Origin: a candidate division WWE3 bacterium UBA1379
GTDB lineage: Bacteria > Patescibacteriota > WWE3 > UBA101185 > UBA10185
Assembly: GCA_002305475.1 (NCBI GenBank)
Contig: DBRB01000019.1
Coordinates: 56,022 to 120,021 of the forward strand
DNA length: 64,000 nt
Reading direction: 5' to 3'
The notes beneath the pieces were generated by a model. The model searched no databases. It saw only the letters and a list, made by a program, of their open reading frames with translations, and had not been told where the DNA came from. The position numbers were made by a program, and so were the translations under genes. Shown here one piece after another: positions 50,840-61,145 of this stretch (position 1 is its first letter; each line of letters opens with the position of its first letter).

Positions 50840-51730
50840 ATGCAGGATAGATTTACCTATAAAGAATTCTTGAAAAAGTATAAAGATGATGACATCTGTC
50901 TTGAGGAAATCAAAAATCTGCGCTTCCCTGGTGGCATTACCTGCTCTTCCTGCAAAAAGATCACCAACCACTACCGTATAAAAAGCAAAAAAGTCTATTC
51001 ATGCGAATTTTGTGGAACTCAGGTGAGTCCTTTAGCAGGAACAATCTTCCATAAATCCTCCACGTCATTACAAGACTGGTTTATGGCAATCTACCTTATG
51101 ACTCAAACGAGAAGCGGCACCTCTGCTAAGCAACTACAGCTCATGCTTGGTGTTACCTATAAAACAGCGTGGAGAATGTACAAACAAATTAGAACCCTCA
51201 TGGCTGAAAATTCCGTCACTCCTCTTAATGGAGATGTTGAAATAGATGAAACATACATAGGCGGAGAGGGAATGAATCGGAGATTTAAACCACATTTTAA
51301 CGAAATCCCCAAAGAAGCTGTTATGGGCATGCTCCAAAGGGGTGGAAAAACATATCTTAAACATATTAAAGGAACTGGCAAATGGTATTTGATCGAACAA
51401 ATCAAAACTCATGTTGACCCAGTTGCAAGGCTTATCACCGATGAACTCGCTGCTTACAGAAATCTACCCAAACATGGTTACACGCTTCACGATGTTGTAA
51501 ACCACTCAGAAACGTATGTGGCTGGAGGTATACACACCAACAATATCGAAAACGTGTGGTCTATTATCAAGCGAGGAATATACGGAGTCTACCGAAATGT
51601 TTCGAAAAAATACCTGCAAGCCTATATTGACGAATACGCCTTTAGGTTTAACTACCGCAATCAAGATGAAAATATGTTCTACACACTTCTCAGACAAGTG
51701 GTTAACGTGAGGTTGGTTTCAGTTTTTTAA
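50840..51730 (+). CDS. IS1595-family DDE transposase
   Basis: Zn ribbon C..C/C..C, GTIFH.S, EIDETYIGG, ITDE, HTNNIE..WS..KR, YIDEY.FR.N. Confidence 0.96.
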   Translation: MQDRFTYKEFLKKYKDDDICLEEIKNLRFPGGITCSSCKKITNHYRIKSKKVYSCEFCGTQVSPLAGTIFHKSSTSLQDWFMAIYLMTQTRSGTSAKQLQLMLGVTYKTAWRMYKQIRTLMAENSVTPLNGDVEIDETYIGGEGMNRRFKPHFNEIPKEAVMGMLQRGGKTYLKHIKGTGKWYLIEQIKTHVDPVARLITDELAAYRNLPKHGYTLHDVVNHSETYVAGGIHTNNIENVWSIIKRGIYGVYRNVSKKYLQAYIDEYAFRFNYRNQDENMFYTLLRQVVNVRLVSVF

Positions 51731-51851
51731 CACCAACCGATTTTTTTAATATGTCTTCAAAAGGTTTTATCTCCTCTTTGAGGTTGTTTTCTTTCTTTAG
51801 GTTTTCCATTTCTTGAGTAAAAGCCTTTTTCTTCTGGTTAATAGATTTCAT
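51702..51851 (-). CDS. Conserved 49-aa ORF of element 1 (not in the ORF track)
   Basis: MKSINQKKKAFTQEMENLKKENNLKEEIKPFEDILKKSVGVKKLKPTSR; same-length homologue in element 2. Confidence 0.7.
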   Translation of the reverse strand: MKSINQKKKAFTQEMENLKKENNLKEEIKPFEDILKKSVGVKKLKPTSR

Positions 51852-51854
51852 ATT

Positions 51855-54800
51855 TTATTTATTCTTCTTTTTTAATTTTACAACTATAACCACCAGAATA
51901 ACTATAACAAAAGTTAAGATTCCGATAATTCCATATGATAATGGTGAGATTGAAAGTGGTTTTTCTTGGACGGTAACATTAAGAGCAAACTCCTTAACAT
52001 CTCCCTCTAGATTTATTGATTGTTCACCTACAAATCTGCCGTAGGCAATAATGACTCGGTGGTCACCTGGTTCTACATTATAAAATTCTGCGATACCATC
52101 GCCATCTGTGGTAGTTTCTTGGACTTTTGAGTGCATTGTAACTTTGGCTCCGACTACTGCATCGCCTTTAGTATCAGATACTTTTACTTTGACTTTATAT
52201 CCTTCAGCCTTATCAATAATTTCCGTAGACTTTTCCTGATCCTCTTGACTGTTATTACAATTTATTTTGAGTTCCCAACCACTATTGAGATTATTTGATG
52301 ACCCAAGTGAAGGGTACTTGCCTTTGTTTTGTTCAATTATCTCCTTGTATTTATTGCCGTCTCCCAGTTTCTCCTGAGCTATCGACCACAAACTATCACC
52401 TGATTTGACTGTATATGTTTGACAAGAATTAGCTTGAGTTGACTTCTCTTCTGCAATTGATGTTAATTCAGAATTTGTTATCTCTAAATTGTTTGCAGAA
52501 ACATAACCCCAGGTTTTGGCTGAGATTTCTTGGGACCAATTACCAGCGGCACAGCCATTACCGGCCCTAATCCTAAAGTAGTATCTTGTATTAGGTGAAA
52601 GAGACTTAACCAAATATTCTCTTGTGCCTTTATCTCCAATTGTTGTTGCTCCCCAAATATATTTCCCTGGTTCGGTGCCAAACTCCAGGGCATAGTGTTC
52701 GACTGGGTCACTAGCAGAACCAAATTGCAATAAAATAGAATCGGTGCCTCTGGCAGTTGCTCCCCAGAGTAGCGGTGTACTTCCTGGCGCAGTTTTATCA
52801 CAACTAGGGGCGGAAGCAGAAGAATTACTGCTTGAGGAAGAATCTGAACTGTTGGCATTGATCGTAACTGTGTTTATCGTATCTGTACCACTAGAGGAAT
52901 AGGCGGACGAATTTTCTGCCAGGTCAGCCGATTTGACTCGAAAATACCAGGTTCCATCAGCAAGAGCAGTAGAATGGGTATATGAATTTGTTGTTGAAGT
53001 GTCTGTATTTGAATCACAACCTGTAAAACCAGAGTTAGAACACCACTGAACTGAATAGGGGGAAGTAGACAAACCGGAACCGGTATCAGTTGATGCTGTC
53101 CAAGACCAGGTTGGGGTATTGTCAGTGGTTAATGAGGCAGTCGATGGAGTTCCGGGAGTGGTAGGTGCAGTTGTATCTAAGGTAAACGCTCCGGTATTGT
53201 AGGATGAACCCTGATTTGTTAACGAGTCTCTATACTGCACATATACTGTCCTTGATCCTTCAGTAGTTCCACAGCCGTAAGCTGCAGCTCCCGGCTTGAT
53301 ATCAAAATCAGTTTTGGGAGTAGCATACGCTTCCCAGGCAGTCCAGGTGGCATTGTCGCAAGAAAAGCGCATCTGCGCTCCGGTTACACCCACCCCCGCA
53401 TCGGCAATGGTTAATGCAAGGGAGGGAGTATTATCGTTGGTTGGATCAGTTGCCTGAATGATTGTCCCTGTCGGTCCGGTCGTATCAAAATTTGTAGAAT
53501 CACTGACAATACCTGATTCATTTCCCAGTGCATCCTTCAGTTTTGCGCTGATTGTCTTTGCTCCGTTTATTATGCTGCAGCCTGTTGCTCCTGTAGTGAT
53601 GTCAAAAGAGGAAATGGTATCAGAGTATGCCATCCAGGCAGACCAGTTAGTGCCGCCGTTACAGGAGAAAGCAGCATGCGTCGGTGTACCTGTCTGGGTT
53701 ATCGCAATTGAAGGAGTAGAATCATTGGTGTATCCTCCAGTGTCTGTAATAGCAATAGAGGTTAAGGCAGGTCCTGTGACGTTCCAGGTTACAGAATTAT
53801 CTGAAGTTGTTGATGCATTATTAGGATTGCCGGCTGCGTCATGGGCTTTATCTGCAGCAACACTTACCGTAACTGTTCCTGATCCGGTCATTCCCGATAC
53901 TGCCACATTGTACGTCGTTCCTGATCCCGTAACTGTCGCTGTGGTTGCCCCGGCTGTCCCTCCTAAAGTAACATCACCGGTGGTAAAGTCAGAAACAGAC
54001 TCTGAAAATTCAACAGTAAAATTAATCGGTGAGACATTGGTTGGATCTGACTGTCCCACAGCCTGGTTGATGGTTACATCAGGATTAGTAGTATCAACCG
54101 TCAGTGTCCCTTCTGATTCTTCACTTTCATTACCTGCCAAATCTATGGCTTTGACAAAGAAGTTGTAAATGCCTTCTGCCAGGTTGGTAACCACATTAGT
54201 TAATGCTGTTGTCCCTGAGGTAATTGCTGACCCTGTTGTCCTCCAGGCATACTGCAATACACCTGACACTGCATCGGTCGCCGCCGACCAGGTCCAAGTT
54301 TGCGAAGTCTGGTTGGTTGGAGAGGCAGGTGTAGGTAAAGGAGTGCCAGGTGTACTTGGCGCTCCGGTATCCACTTTGACAGTATTAGCTCCAGTGTAAG
54401 TTGCTTGTTGAGATAGATTATCTGAAACAAGGTGGCGATATTGATAGCAGTTTCCTGAACTAACATCAGTATCTATTAAATTTGGGTAGCTGCCGCTAGG
54501 AGAGATAGCTGAAAAGCTACCGTAAATAGTACATATTCCTAAAATTAAGGGCGCAGATCTTCTCTGAATAATTCTTGATGAGGTATTTACTCCGGAGCCT
54601 GTGCCGTCTGAACCGTCTGCAACAGTTAAAGAAACGGAAGCTATCGTATAGTAACCATCAGTGTAGGTCATTGATCCTCCTGTCGGAGCAGTCGTGTCAT
54701 AAACTGTTGAATCAGAAGCAGTAGATGACTCATTACCTGCTAAGTCCTTCAGCTTTGCAGTTATCGCTTTTGATCCATCGGAAGACGTACAGCCTGTTGC

Positions 54801-57800
54801 ACCATTAGTGACATCAAAAGAAGAGATAGTATCTGAGTATGCAATCCAGGAAGACCAGTTAGTGCCTCCGTTACAGGAGAATGCTACGTGAGTTGGTGAG
54901 CCTGAAGAATTTATGTTAATGGTCGGAGTTGAATCGTTCGTATAGCCCGAAGAATCAGAAATGGTAACTGAAGTTAACGTCGGTGCGGTTTCATCATTTA
55001 GCAGAATTATTGCATCCTCAGACTCTAAAGTAATCGAGCCTACTTCACTGCCGTCATTATATCTGGTTGTTGTTTCTAATCTCACAGCATCGGCAACTAC
55101 AGTACCTGTAGTTCCGGCTCCTGAAAAGACAACACTAGAAGTATCAGTAGTTGTGAAATTGTATGTTCCCAATTCATGCCAGCCTACTGAACCGGTTGTC
55201 TCGTTTAATGTAGTCGTATCTGTACTCCCTGCATGATTTATCGTTACGGAGACATTAGCCCGGTTACTTCCGCTTGGAGCAACCCAAGCATATACAACGT
55301 AATTCCCGTCATACTCAATCACCGGGTTATATGTGACAGTAGCTGCCGGATTACTGCCGGTAATAGTTTTAAAAGTACTGCCGAATTGGTTTGGATAGGA
55401 GGTGCTGGTAGATGCAGTATTGGTCCAACCGCCTGATACCACTGTGGTTGAGTCATCATCATCTACCCGGGTGTAATACAAGGGTGCCTGATTACCGTTA
55501 AGTTTTACATAATTTGTACCGAAAATGGATGTTAAATCAATTGTTTTTTCTTCCGGAGTAATATTTACCAACACTCTACCGTTATCGAATGGTCTAGTCC
55601 ATACTCCGATCGTCCCCTCTTGAAACTTAATGTCATCAAAATAAATATCTCCTTCGCTTGTACCAAGATCAATTGTTAACCTCCCTTGATTACTGTTATT
55701 TACCGTTCCTTTCATTATTAGATAAAAATGCTGCCATTCTGTAGTCAAATTAGCTCTTCCATACTTTAAATCAGAATCAAAAGCGGTATCATACTCCCAA
55801 GGATTGACTTGGCGTTGGACTCGCGTGCCACTTAATGTTCTTGCTGGATTAGCTTTTGCCCAGAAAGATAAAGTGTAATATTTATCCACTTCTATGGTTA
55901 AGTTGTTTTGGTAAAAAACAATATAATGCGATCCATCTCCAGCCGGATTCCCCGCAGGAATAGAGATATGCGCTCCCGGTCCGCCGCTAATTCCACCAGT
56001 AGCATCAATGCTTAATGGATTTACAGAGACTCCAGCTCCTGCGGCTTCCAGTGACCAATTGCTTGTTCCGCTGCTGAAATCTCCATTAGCAATATCATCC
56101 GTGCTGCTTAATGTTGGTATCGCTAATGCAGCATCTGCGGTTGGCTGACCTAAATAACCGGTGGTTGTGTAGTCTCCTTGTGTACCATACTCGTCATACC
56201 AATAATTATGTCCATATGAGTAAGGCGACAAATCATACGAAAAGACTCCGTTACCCATTAAAGCTGTAACCAGTCCAAACCTCAGTCTTTTGTAGTCACT
56301 ACCCGCCTCATTGATCATTGCGGTGGGCATATTAGTTACACCTGGCCCGTATTTGCTAGCTATAGCTGCTAAGGAGTTAGTGTTTAAATCCACGATCACA
56401 GGTGTTTGCTCGCCATTACTGATCCAATTTTTATAGTAATTAACGGTATCAATCCAAGGTGAAGGATAATAATCATCTATGTAATTTCTTACGTCATTTT
56501 CTAAAAATCTCCCATTTTCCCACGTACCATAGCTAATAGGTGAACCATTTCCAATGATAATTGCATTAGGGATGGCAGCTCTGATTTGAGCTAAAGCACT
56601 TTCCACTCCGGCTTGATAGGCTGCATTTAGAGTTGCTGTGTTATCTGCTACTCCATCGAGATCCGAATCAATATCTGGTCCGATGGTATTAGTTATAGTT
56701 GTGCCTACCATATCCCAAAACCACCCATCAAAAGCCAAATTGGTCTCCTCCCAATTGTCTACAGCCTGATTAACTAATTGCGTCACACAATAAGCATTAG
56801 TCAGGTTATACATAGGATTCCCGTATGTTCCATTAGTCAGTATTGTCCCTGAGGTATTTCTAAACATACATGGGTAACCAGGATCACCGGGTGAAGCGTT
56901 TAACCATGTACTGTAAACATTATGTGCAAGATAGGAACCGGCCTGGCCATACGTTAAATCCTGGGTCATCAATACTTTTGCCTTGGAATTAATTGCCCTA
57001 ATCGCATTTGCTCTAGATTGGGCGGTGGCATTACTTGACCAGGATATCCACGTATTGTAGCCTGCGAAATAATCATTTTGATACGACCCTCCGTAAGACC
57101 CCCATTGGTTATACAGCCTAGGATATCCAGCATCAAAGGTCCCCATCTTTCTTAACTGGGTGGTAACTTCCATGCTGTCGGCCGATCTTCCGGTAGCTGG
57201 AGTGTCATCGCATCGAACATAAAAGGTTCGAGTGGTAATAGTATTCCAATTACTAATTGAGGTACTGTGCGCAGTTGTTCCCTGACCAGTTGTAAAATTA
57301 TTGGTCATACTGGCATATGGAGTATCAGGCGATTCGCTATAACGGCAATTTGCATTAGCCCAGGTAGTTAAACTAAGGGTTGCAGAAGATGTATCTGAAC
57401 TTAATAAACGGTATGACGGTGACAATGAACTCAGTGCGGGGGTGTAATAATATGGTCCCAGATCAAGAGTGTCATTAGCAACATCTGCACTGTTATAACT
57501 CTTAACATGAAGATAATAGGGAATCGAAGAATCCGTACCTGTAGTCAAAGTTAAAGTACCGCTGGTCCATTGAGTTTCTGATTCATTCCATACATGGGTA
57601 GCTGAATTGTCCCATGCCCACCTGAGGTACTGGATCGCACCAGCACCGAAACCTGCGCCATTTGTTACCACATAAGTATTGGGCAAAGTATGTTCTATGG
57701 TTATATTTGACAAAGTTGGAGCCGTGGATAGGGTTGTATATGTAGCATTAGACGAGGGGGAAGAATTTCCATAGGAATTATAGGCGACAACTCTGCGAGT

Positions 57801-60605
57801 ATAGGAAGTATTTGCTGTTAAACTTGATTCTTCACAGTTAACCTCGTTACCCGTTCCGCTGGATGGGGAAGACACGGTGCAAACTGTATTATTTGATAAG
57901 TCCTTTACATAAAAACCATCTTCATTTGAAGCATTATCAATCCAGGACCATGTAATACTGTCGGAGTCAGCAGAATCTCCGGAAAAACTTGTTGGTGGTT
58001 GAGGAGTTGATGATTGAAAATCCAAAGAAAAGCTGGAAAGGTTTGGAGTATTCACTCCATCAGAACTTGCCAGCGTAACGTAATACTGTAAGTACCTATG
58101 ACCGTCAGTAACGCAGTTATTGGAGGAAATGTCGCTACCAGACGATATCGGATCACATCCCGAAAAAGCGGGAGCATCTGACATATCTGAATTATTCGAA
58201 GTACGTACCCTGACCGAGGTCGTAGTGTTGGCTGGCGTACCGGCAGTGTATGTTAAATTGTTCCAAGTCGTGGCCTGTTCAGTATCGAATATGGACGAAG
58301 TCAAAGTGCCACTAGATGCATAAGCTTTATATAAACTAATATCGTCAACATAAACAGTTTTCCCGCCTTTAATTTTTAAACCATAATCACGAGTAGCATT
58401 AGCACCGGTTAGTGTGCCCGTTAACAGATACCAACCGTCTCTTATAAGAGCGTAGGACGTGGTGACAGTACCGCCACTATAATAAAGCTCGGCATCGGAA
58501 TCAGTCACAGCCGAACCTGTTGTATATACACTGGCATTAAGTGTATATGTGCTTGTATCTCCCACATTTACTGATTGGCCAAAAACACCATTACCTTCTG
58601 CTGCGATAACTTTAGCAGACCCGGCACCATTAAGTTTGGTTGTGGCGTCCTGGCTTATTGTCGGTTCTTCCTGTGGGGCTGCATGTACCGGCCAGTTAAT
58701 AAAACCATCAAGAGTATTTTCTGAGTAAGTTGAGAAAAGACCATGATTAGTGTTATTGATGATACTGGAGTCGGAAACAGTAGCTGAACCTATAAAACTG
58801 TCGTTATAGTAAACATTGTATGTTGTGCCGTTTTTAATAACTCTCAACTTCCTTTCAGCCACATACCCTGAAGCATAATTAATGAGTGTCGTATAATGAC
58901 CATCCACCACTTTTTCCAGTTTAGTTCTGGATACGCCATCGTTGTAAACAATAACAAAATTCTGAGGGTTTGAGGTGCTATCAAGATTTAATACAATACC
59001 TGCTTGAGTGTAAGCAGTAACTGTAGGGAGTATTTCAATATTCACATCAGGTGTCGTGTACGAACTGGTTGCAAACAGGGAAGTCAAACTCATTTGTTTT
59101 AATGAAACATCATCATAATAATAGGTATGACCATTCGTTGCGGAAAACAGACCTACTTGGTAGGTAGTTTGTTCGTTTCCAGCAGTATTTATCGTATGTC
59201 CGGTACCTAATAGATTAGTAAAAGTTCCTGCGGATGTACTACGATCTACAATCTTTGTCCAAGGATTATTCTGCATTACCAATTGTGAAGACAAACCGTT
59301 CGTTCCATTAGACTGTACCCAAGAGTTATACAAATACCAATTTCCTAAACCAAGTGTTATGTTCTTTCGGATATTGCTCGCACTGGTAGTAGAAACACAT
59401 TTACTGGAATGAGTCGGACTATTATAAACAGCCGCATCCGATGTATAAGTACAATTACTAGTGCTCCAGCCTGTAGGGGGAGACCCTGTTTCCATATCGC
59501 CGTTAGTAATAAGTTCTGAGCCCAAAGTAGGTGAGTTTTTAGCTTTATTACCGGAAACAGTCCAGGTCGCCGTATCAAATGTCCATGTTTTTTGGGTAAC
59601 AGTTTGAGAATCAGGACCCGTGGTTTCAGTATTACCTAAAGCGCCATCTGTCCGGTTAAATGTATCATAGGCCAAAAGATTAACGGGTGTATCTTTTAAT
59701 GTGTATACTCTGATGTTATCCACTGTAAAAACTGCAGTCGTAGATTGTGCTTGAATCCATGGTCTCTCGTTGCTGTTACCCGTATTCGAAACCCACAACA
59801 AGGTCCAGTTTGTGTATGATCCCCCTTTGATATACCAAGCTAACCCGTTTGCTCTCATCATTGACGCTATCTGGTATGTTGTTCCAGCAGTATATGCACC
59901 GACATTTGAAACCGAAACGCCATTGATGTATATACCCAATATTCCACTGCTTAATAAATTCAAAGATTCAGTCATTACACCACTGGTTCCGGTACTCCAG
60001 CCAATAGATGCCCCACCATTGGTATCTGCTGGGGTAATATTAGCAATTAATGTCAAGCCGGAAGTTCGTGGTTGCGAAGCATAATAAACGCCGTCGTTTA
60101 CCGCGGCTCCGGTTGCAAAACTGAGAACGCCACCCGCAGTGATAGTAATCTTACTGTTGGTGTCAATAACAGTTCTTGTTCCTGGACCCGGTTCAGCTGG
60201 GGTGCCGTTAACACTCCCAGCATCCCTTTGAGTCGTATACTGATCGTATAATGCATAGCTTCCTGTACTCCACCCGGATATATCCGAGTCAAAAGTTGTA
60301 TTAGTTAGCTTTTCTACACCACCGAGTTTTATTTGGTTGGGTGTTGAGAAGACTACATTTGAAGATGTATTAAACTTGGTGACGTCAGAATAAGTAGTTT
60401 GGCCACTCCCGCCTACCCAGTTAGTCTGTGACCAGGGTGAGGATGCTGCGTAAACCGGAGTTACAAAAAGTAAAAAATTCTGAATAATTATATAAAAAGT
60501 GAGAAGAACAGTTGTTAGAAGATGGCGAAACCGTTTACTTAATCTTAATTTTGATAGAGAAACGGTAGCATTTTTCGATAATAATGATCTAATATCGAAG
60601 CCCAT
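51855..60605 (-). CDS. Giant multidomain cell-surface protein (2916 aa)
   Basis: N-terminal signal (PVYA-A), Ser/Thr-rich beta domains, CBM-like and FN3 modules, glycoside-hydrolase-like central domain, Ig-like repeats (D.AGN), LysM (YTVKSGDSLWSIA), C-terminal TM plus KKKNK. Confidence 0.88.
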   Translation of the reverse strand: MGFDIRSLLSKNATVSLSKLRLSKRFRHLLTTVLLTFYIIIQNFLLFVTPVYAASSPWSQTNWVGGSGQTTYSDVTKFNTSSNVVFSTPNQIKLGGVEKLTNTTFDSDISGWSTGSYALYDQYTTQRDAGSVNGTPAEPGPGTRTVIDTNSKITITAGGVLSFATGAAVNDGVYYASQPRTSGLTLIANITPADTNGGASIGWSTGTSGVMTESLNLLSSGILGIYINGVSVSNVGAYTAGTTYQIASMMRANGLAWYIKGGSYTNWTLLWVSNTGNSNERPWIQAQSTTAVFTVDNIRVYTLKDTPVNLLAYDTFNRTDGALGNTETTGPDSQTVTQKTWTFDTATWTVSGNKAKNSPTLGSELITNGDMETGSPPTGWSTSNCTYTSDAAVYNSPTHSSKCVSTTSASNIRKNITLGLGNWYLYNSWVQSNGTNGLSSQLVMQNNPWTKIVDRSTSAGTFTNLLGTGHTINTAGNEQTTYQVGLFSATNGHTYYYDDVSLKQMSLTSLFATSSYTTPDVNIEILPTVTAYTQAGIVLNLDSTSNPQNFVIVYNDGVSRTKLEKVVDGHYTTLINYASGYVAERKLRVIKNGTTYNVYYNDSFIGSATVSDSSIINNTNHGLFSTYSENTLDGFINWPVHAAPQEEPTISQDATTKLNGAGSAKVIAAEGNGVFGQSVNVGDTSTYTLNASVYTTGSAVTDSDAELYYSGGTVTTSYALIRDGWYLLTGTLTGANATRDYGLKIKGGKTVYVDDISLYKAYASSGTLTSSIFDTEQATTWNNLTYTAGTPANTTTSVRVRTSNNSDMSDAPAFSGCDPISSGSDISSNNCVTDGHRYLQYYVTLASSDGVNTPNLSSFSLDFQSSTPQPPTSFSGDSADSDSITWSWIDNASNEDGFYVKDLSNNTVCTVSSPSSGTGNEVNCEESSLTANTSYTRRVVAYNSYGNSSPSSNATYTTLSTAPTLSNITIEHTLPNTYVVTNGAGFGAGAIQYLRWAWDNSATHVWNESETQWTSGTLTLTTGTDSSIPYYLHVKSYNSADVANDTLDLGPYYYTPALSSLSPSYRLLSSDTSSATLSLTTWANANCRYSESPDTPYASMTNNFTTGQGTTAHSTSISNWNTITTRTFYVRCDDTPATGRSADSMEVTTQLRKMGTFDAGYPRLYNQWGSYGGSYQNDYFAGYNTWISWSSNATAQSRANAIRAINSKAKVLMTQDLTYGQAGSYLAHNVYSTWLNASPGDPGYPCMFRNTSGTILTNGTYGNPMYNLTNAYCVTQLVNQAVDNWEETNLAFDGWFWDMVGTTITNTIGPDIDSDLDGVADNTATLNAAYQAGVESALAQIRAAIPNAIIIGNGSPISYGTWENGRFLENDVRNYIDDYYPSPWIDTVNYYKNWISNGEQTPVIVDLNTNSLAAIASKYGPGVTNMPTAMINEAGSDYKRLRFGLVTALMGNGVFSYDLSPYSYGHNYWYDEYGTQGDYTTTGYLGQPTADAALAIPTLSSTDDIANGDFSSGTSNWSLEAAGAGVSVNPLSIDATGGISGGPGAHISIPAGNPAGDGSHYIVFYQNNLTIEVDKYYTLSFWAKANPARTLSGTRVQRQVNPWEYDTAFDSDLKYGRANLTTEWQHFYLIMKGTVNNSNQGRLTIDLGTSEGDIYFDDIKFQEGTIGVWTRPFDNGRVLVNITPEEKTIDLTSIFGTNYVKLNGNQAPLYYTRVDDDDSTTVVSGGWTNTASTSTSYPNQFGSTFKTITGSNPAATVTYNPVIEYDGNYVVYAWVAPSGSNRANVSVTINHAGSTDTTTLNETTGSVGWHELGTYNFTTTDTSSVVFSGAGTTGTVVADAVRLETTTRYNDGSEVGSITLESEDAIILLNDETAPTLTSVTISDSSGYTNDSTPTININSSGSPTHVAFSCNGGTNWSSWIAYSDTISSFDVTNGATGCTSSDGSKAITAKLKDLAGNESSTASDSTVYDTTAPTGGSMTYTDGYYTIASVSLTVADGSDGTGSGVNTSSRIIQRRSAPLILGICTIYGSFSAISPSGSYPNLIDTDVSSGNCYQYRHLVSDNLSQQATYTGANTVKVDTGAPSTPGTPLPTPASPTNQTSQTWTWSAATDAVSGVLQYAWRTTGSAITSGTTALTNVVTNLAEGIYNFFVKAIDLAGNESEESEGTLTVDTTNPDVTINQAVGQSDPTNVSPINFTVEFSESVSDFTTGDVTLGGTAGATTATVTGSGTTYNVAVSGMTGSGTVTVSVAADKAHDAAGNPNNASTTSDNSVTWNVTGPALTSIAITDTGGYTNDSTPSIAITQTGTPTHAAFSCNGGTNWSAWMAYSDTISSFDITTGATGCSIINGAKTISAKLKDALGNESGIVSDSTNFDTTGPTGTIIQATDPTNDNTPSLALTIADAGVGVTGAQMRFSCDNATWTAWEAYATPKTDFDIKPGAAAYGCGTTEGSRTVYVQYRDSLTNQGSSYNTGAFTLDTTAPTTPGTPSTASLTTDNTPTWSWTASTDTGSGLSTSPYSVQWCSNSGFTGCDSNTDTSTTNSYTHSTALADGTWYFRVKSADLAENSSAYSSSGTDTINTVTINANSSDSSSSSNSSASAPSCDKTAPGSTPLLWGATARGTDSILLQFGSASDPVEHYALEFGTEPGKYIWGATTIGDKGTREYLVKSLSPNTRYYFRIRAGNGCAAGNWSQEISAKTWGYVSANNLEITNSELTSIAEEKSTQANSCQTYTVKSGDSLWSIAQEKLGDGNKYKEIIEQNKGKYPSLGSSNNLNSGWELKINCNNSQEDQEKSTEIIDKAEGYKVKVKVSDTKGDAVVGAKVTMHSKVQETTTDGDGIAEFYNVEPGDHRVIIAYGRFVGEQSINLEGDVKEFALNVTVQEKPLSISPLSYGIIGILTFVIVILVVIVVKLKKKNK
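53505..54990 (-). repeat. Internal duplication within the giant gene (~270-bp units near 54715-54990 and 53505-53775)
   Basis: GYTNDSTP...PTH.AFSCNGGTNWS.W.AYSDTISSFD.T.GATGC...AKLKD..GNES occurs twice, 1212 bp apart. Confidence 0.85.
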
Positions 60606-60681
60606 AAGCGTAATCTTTCAGTAAAGATCTTACTCGGGCTTCGTGAGCCTCAAAACTCACAGGTAATTATCTTGTGAATTT
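60596..60681 (-). promoter_or_regulatory. Structured leader: start-codon-sequestering hairpin plus competing Com-like hairpin
   Basis: CGAAGCCC (60643-60636) pairs with GGGCUUCG (60603-60596, begins at the G of AUG); alternative GGCU-CACGA-AGCC hairpin; possible promoter TTGAAT-N17-TAGTAT just upstream. Confidence 0.7.
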
Positions 60682-60701
60682 GTAATTAAATACTAGTACA
60701 T

Positions 60702-61145
60702 TTAAGAAGAAAATTCAACTTCTTCACCTAGAAAAAAGGCGATTTCTTTGTTATTGTCCAAAAATGGCTCTATGTGAAGGCGTACATTATATGATTTACC
60801 GGATTTCGTTTTGTTTTGCAAATCTACGGTAACTGACTTTTTCATTATTAGCTTACTCCACATATTTTTGTAAAACGAATCAGGCATTTGTTTCCCCCAT
60901 ATAGATGGCTTTTTGCCAATCACTTCAGAAAGTGCATAACCTGTTACTTCTTCCATTTTTTTGTTGATGGAGAGAATAGTGCCGTTTTTGTCGGTAATAA
61001 TTATTTGGCGCTCAGCTTCCAAGTCAAAAGATGTGATTGAACCGCACCTATGGCATTTGATAGAAATTGCAGAAGAATATGTTTCTGAAGCTAATAATTT
61101 TTCGCATTTGCGACATCGATATTCCTTTTGTGATTTTGGATTCAT
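60702..61145 (-). CDS. Com-family zinc finger fused to a PAS domain
   Basis: YRCRKCEKLL...ISIKCHRC (Mu Com pattern), then IIITDKNGTILSIN...TGY...EVIGK.P...FY..MW...N..K.G..Y (NifL/Aer-like PAS). Confidence 0.85.
   Translation of the reverse strand: MNPKSQKEYRCRKCEKLLASETYSSAISIKCHRCGSITSFDLEAERQIIITDKNGTILSINKKMEEVTGYALSEVIGKKPSIWGKQMPDSFYKNMWSKLIMKKSVTVDLQNKTKSGKSYNVRLHIEPFLDNNKEIAFFLGEEVEFSS

Noticed and set aside
53458-55236. Plus-strand ORFs (up to 236 aa) inside the giant gene
   Set aside because: Antisense shadows of Thr/Ser/Gly-rich codons. The same applies to the many short antisense ORFs in tuf, fusA, rpoBC, secA and pnp.
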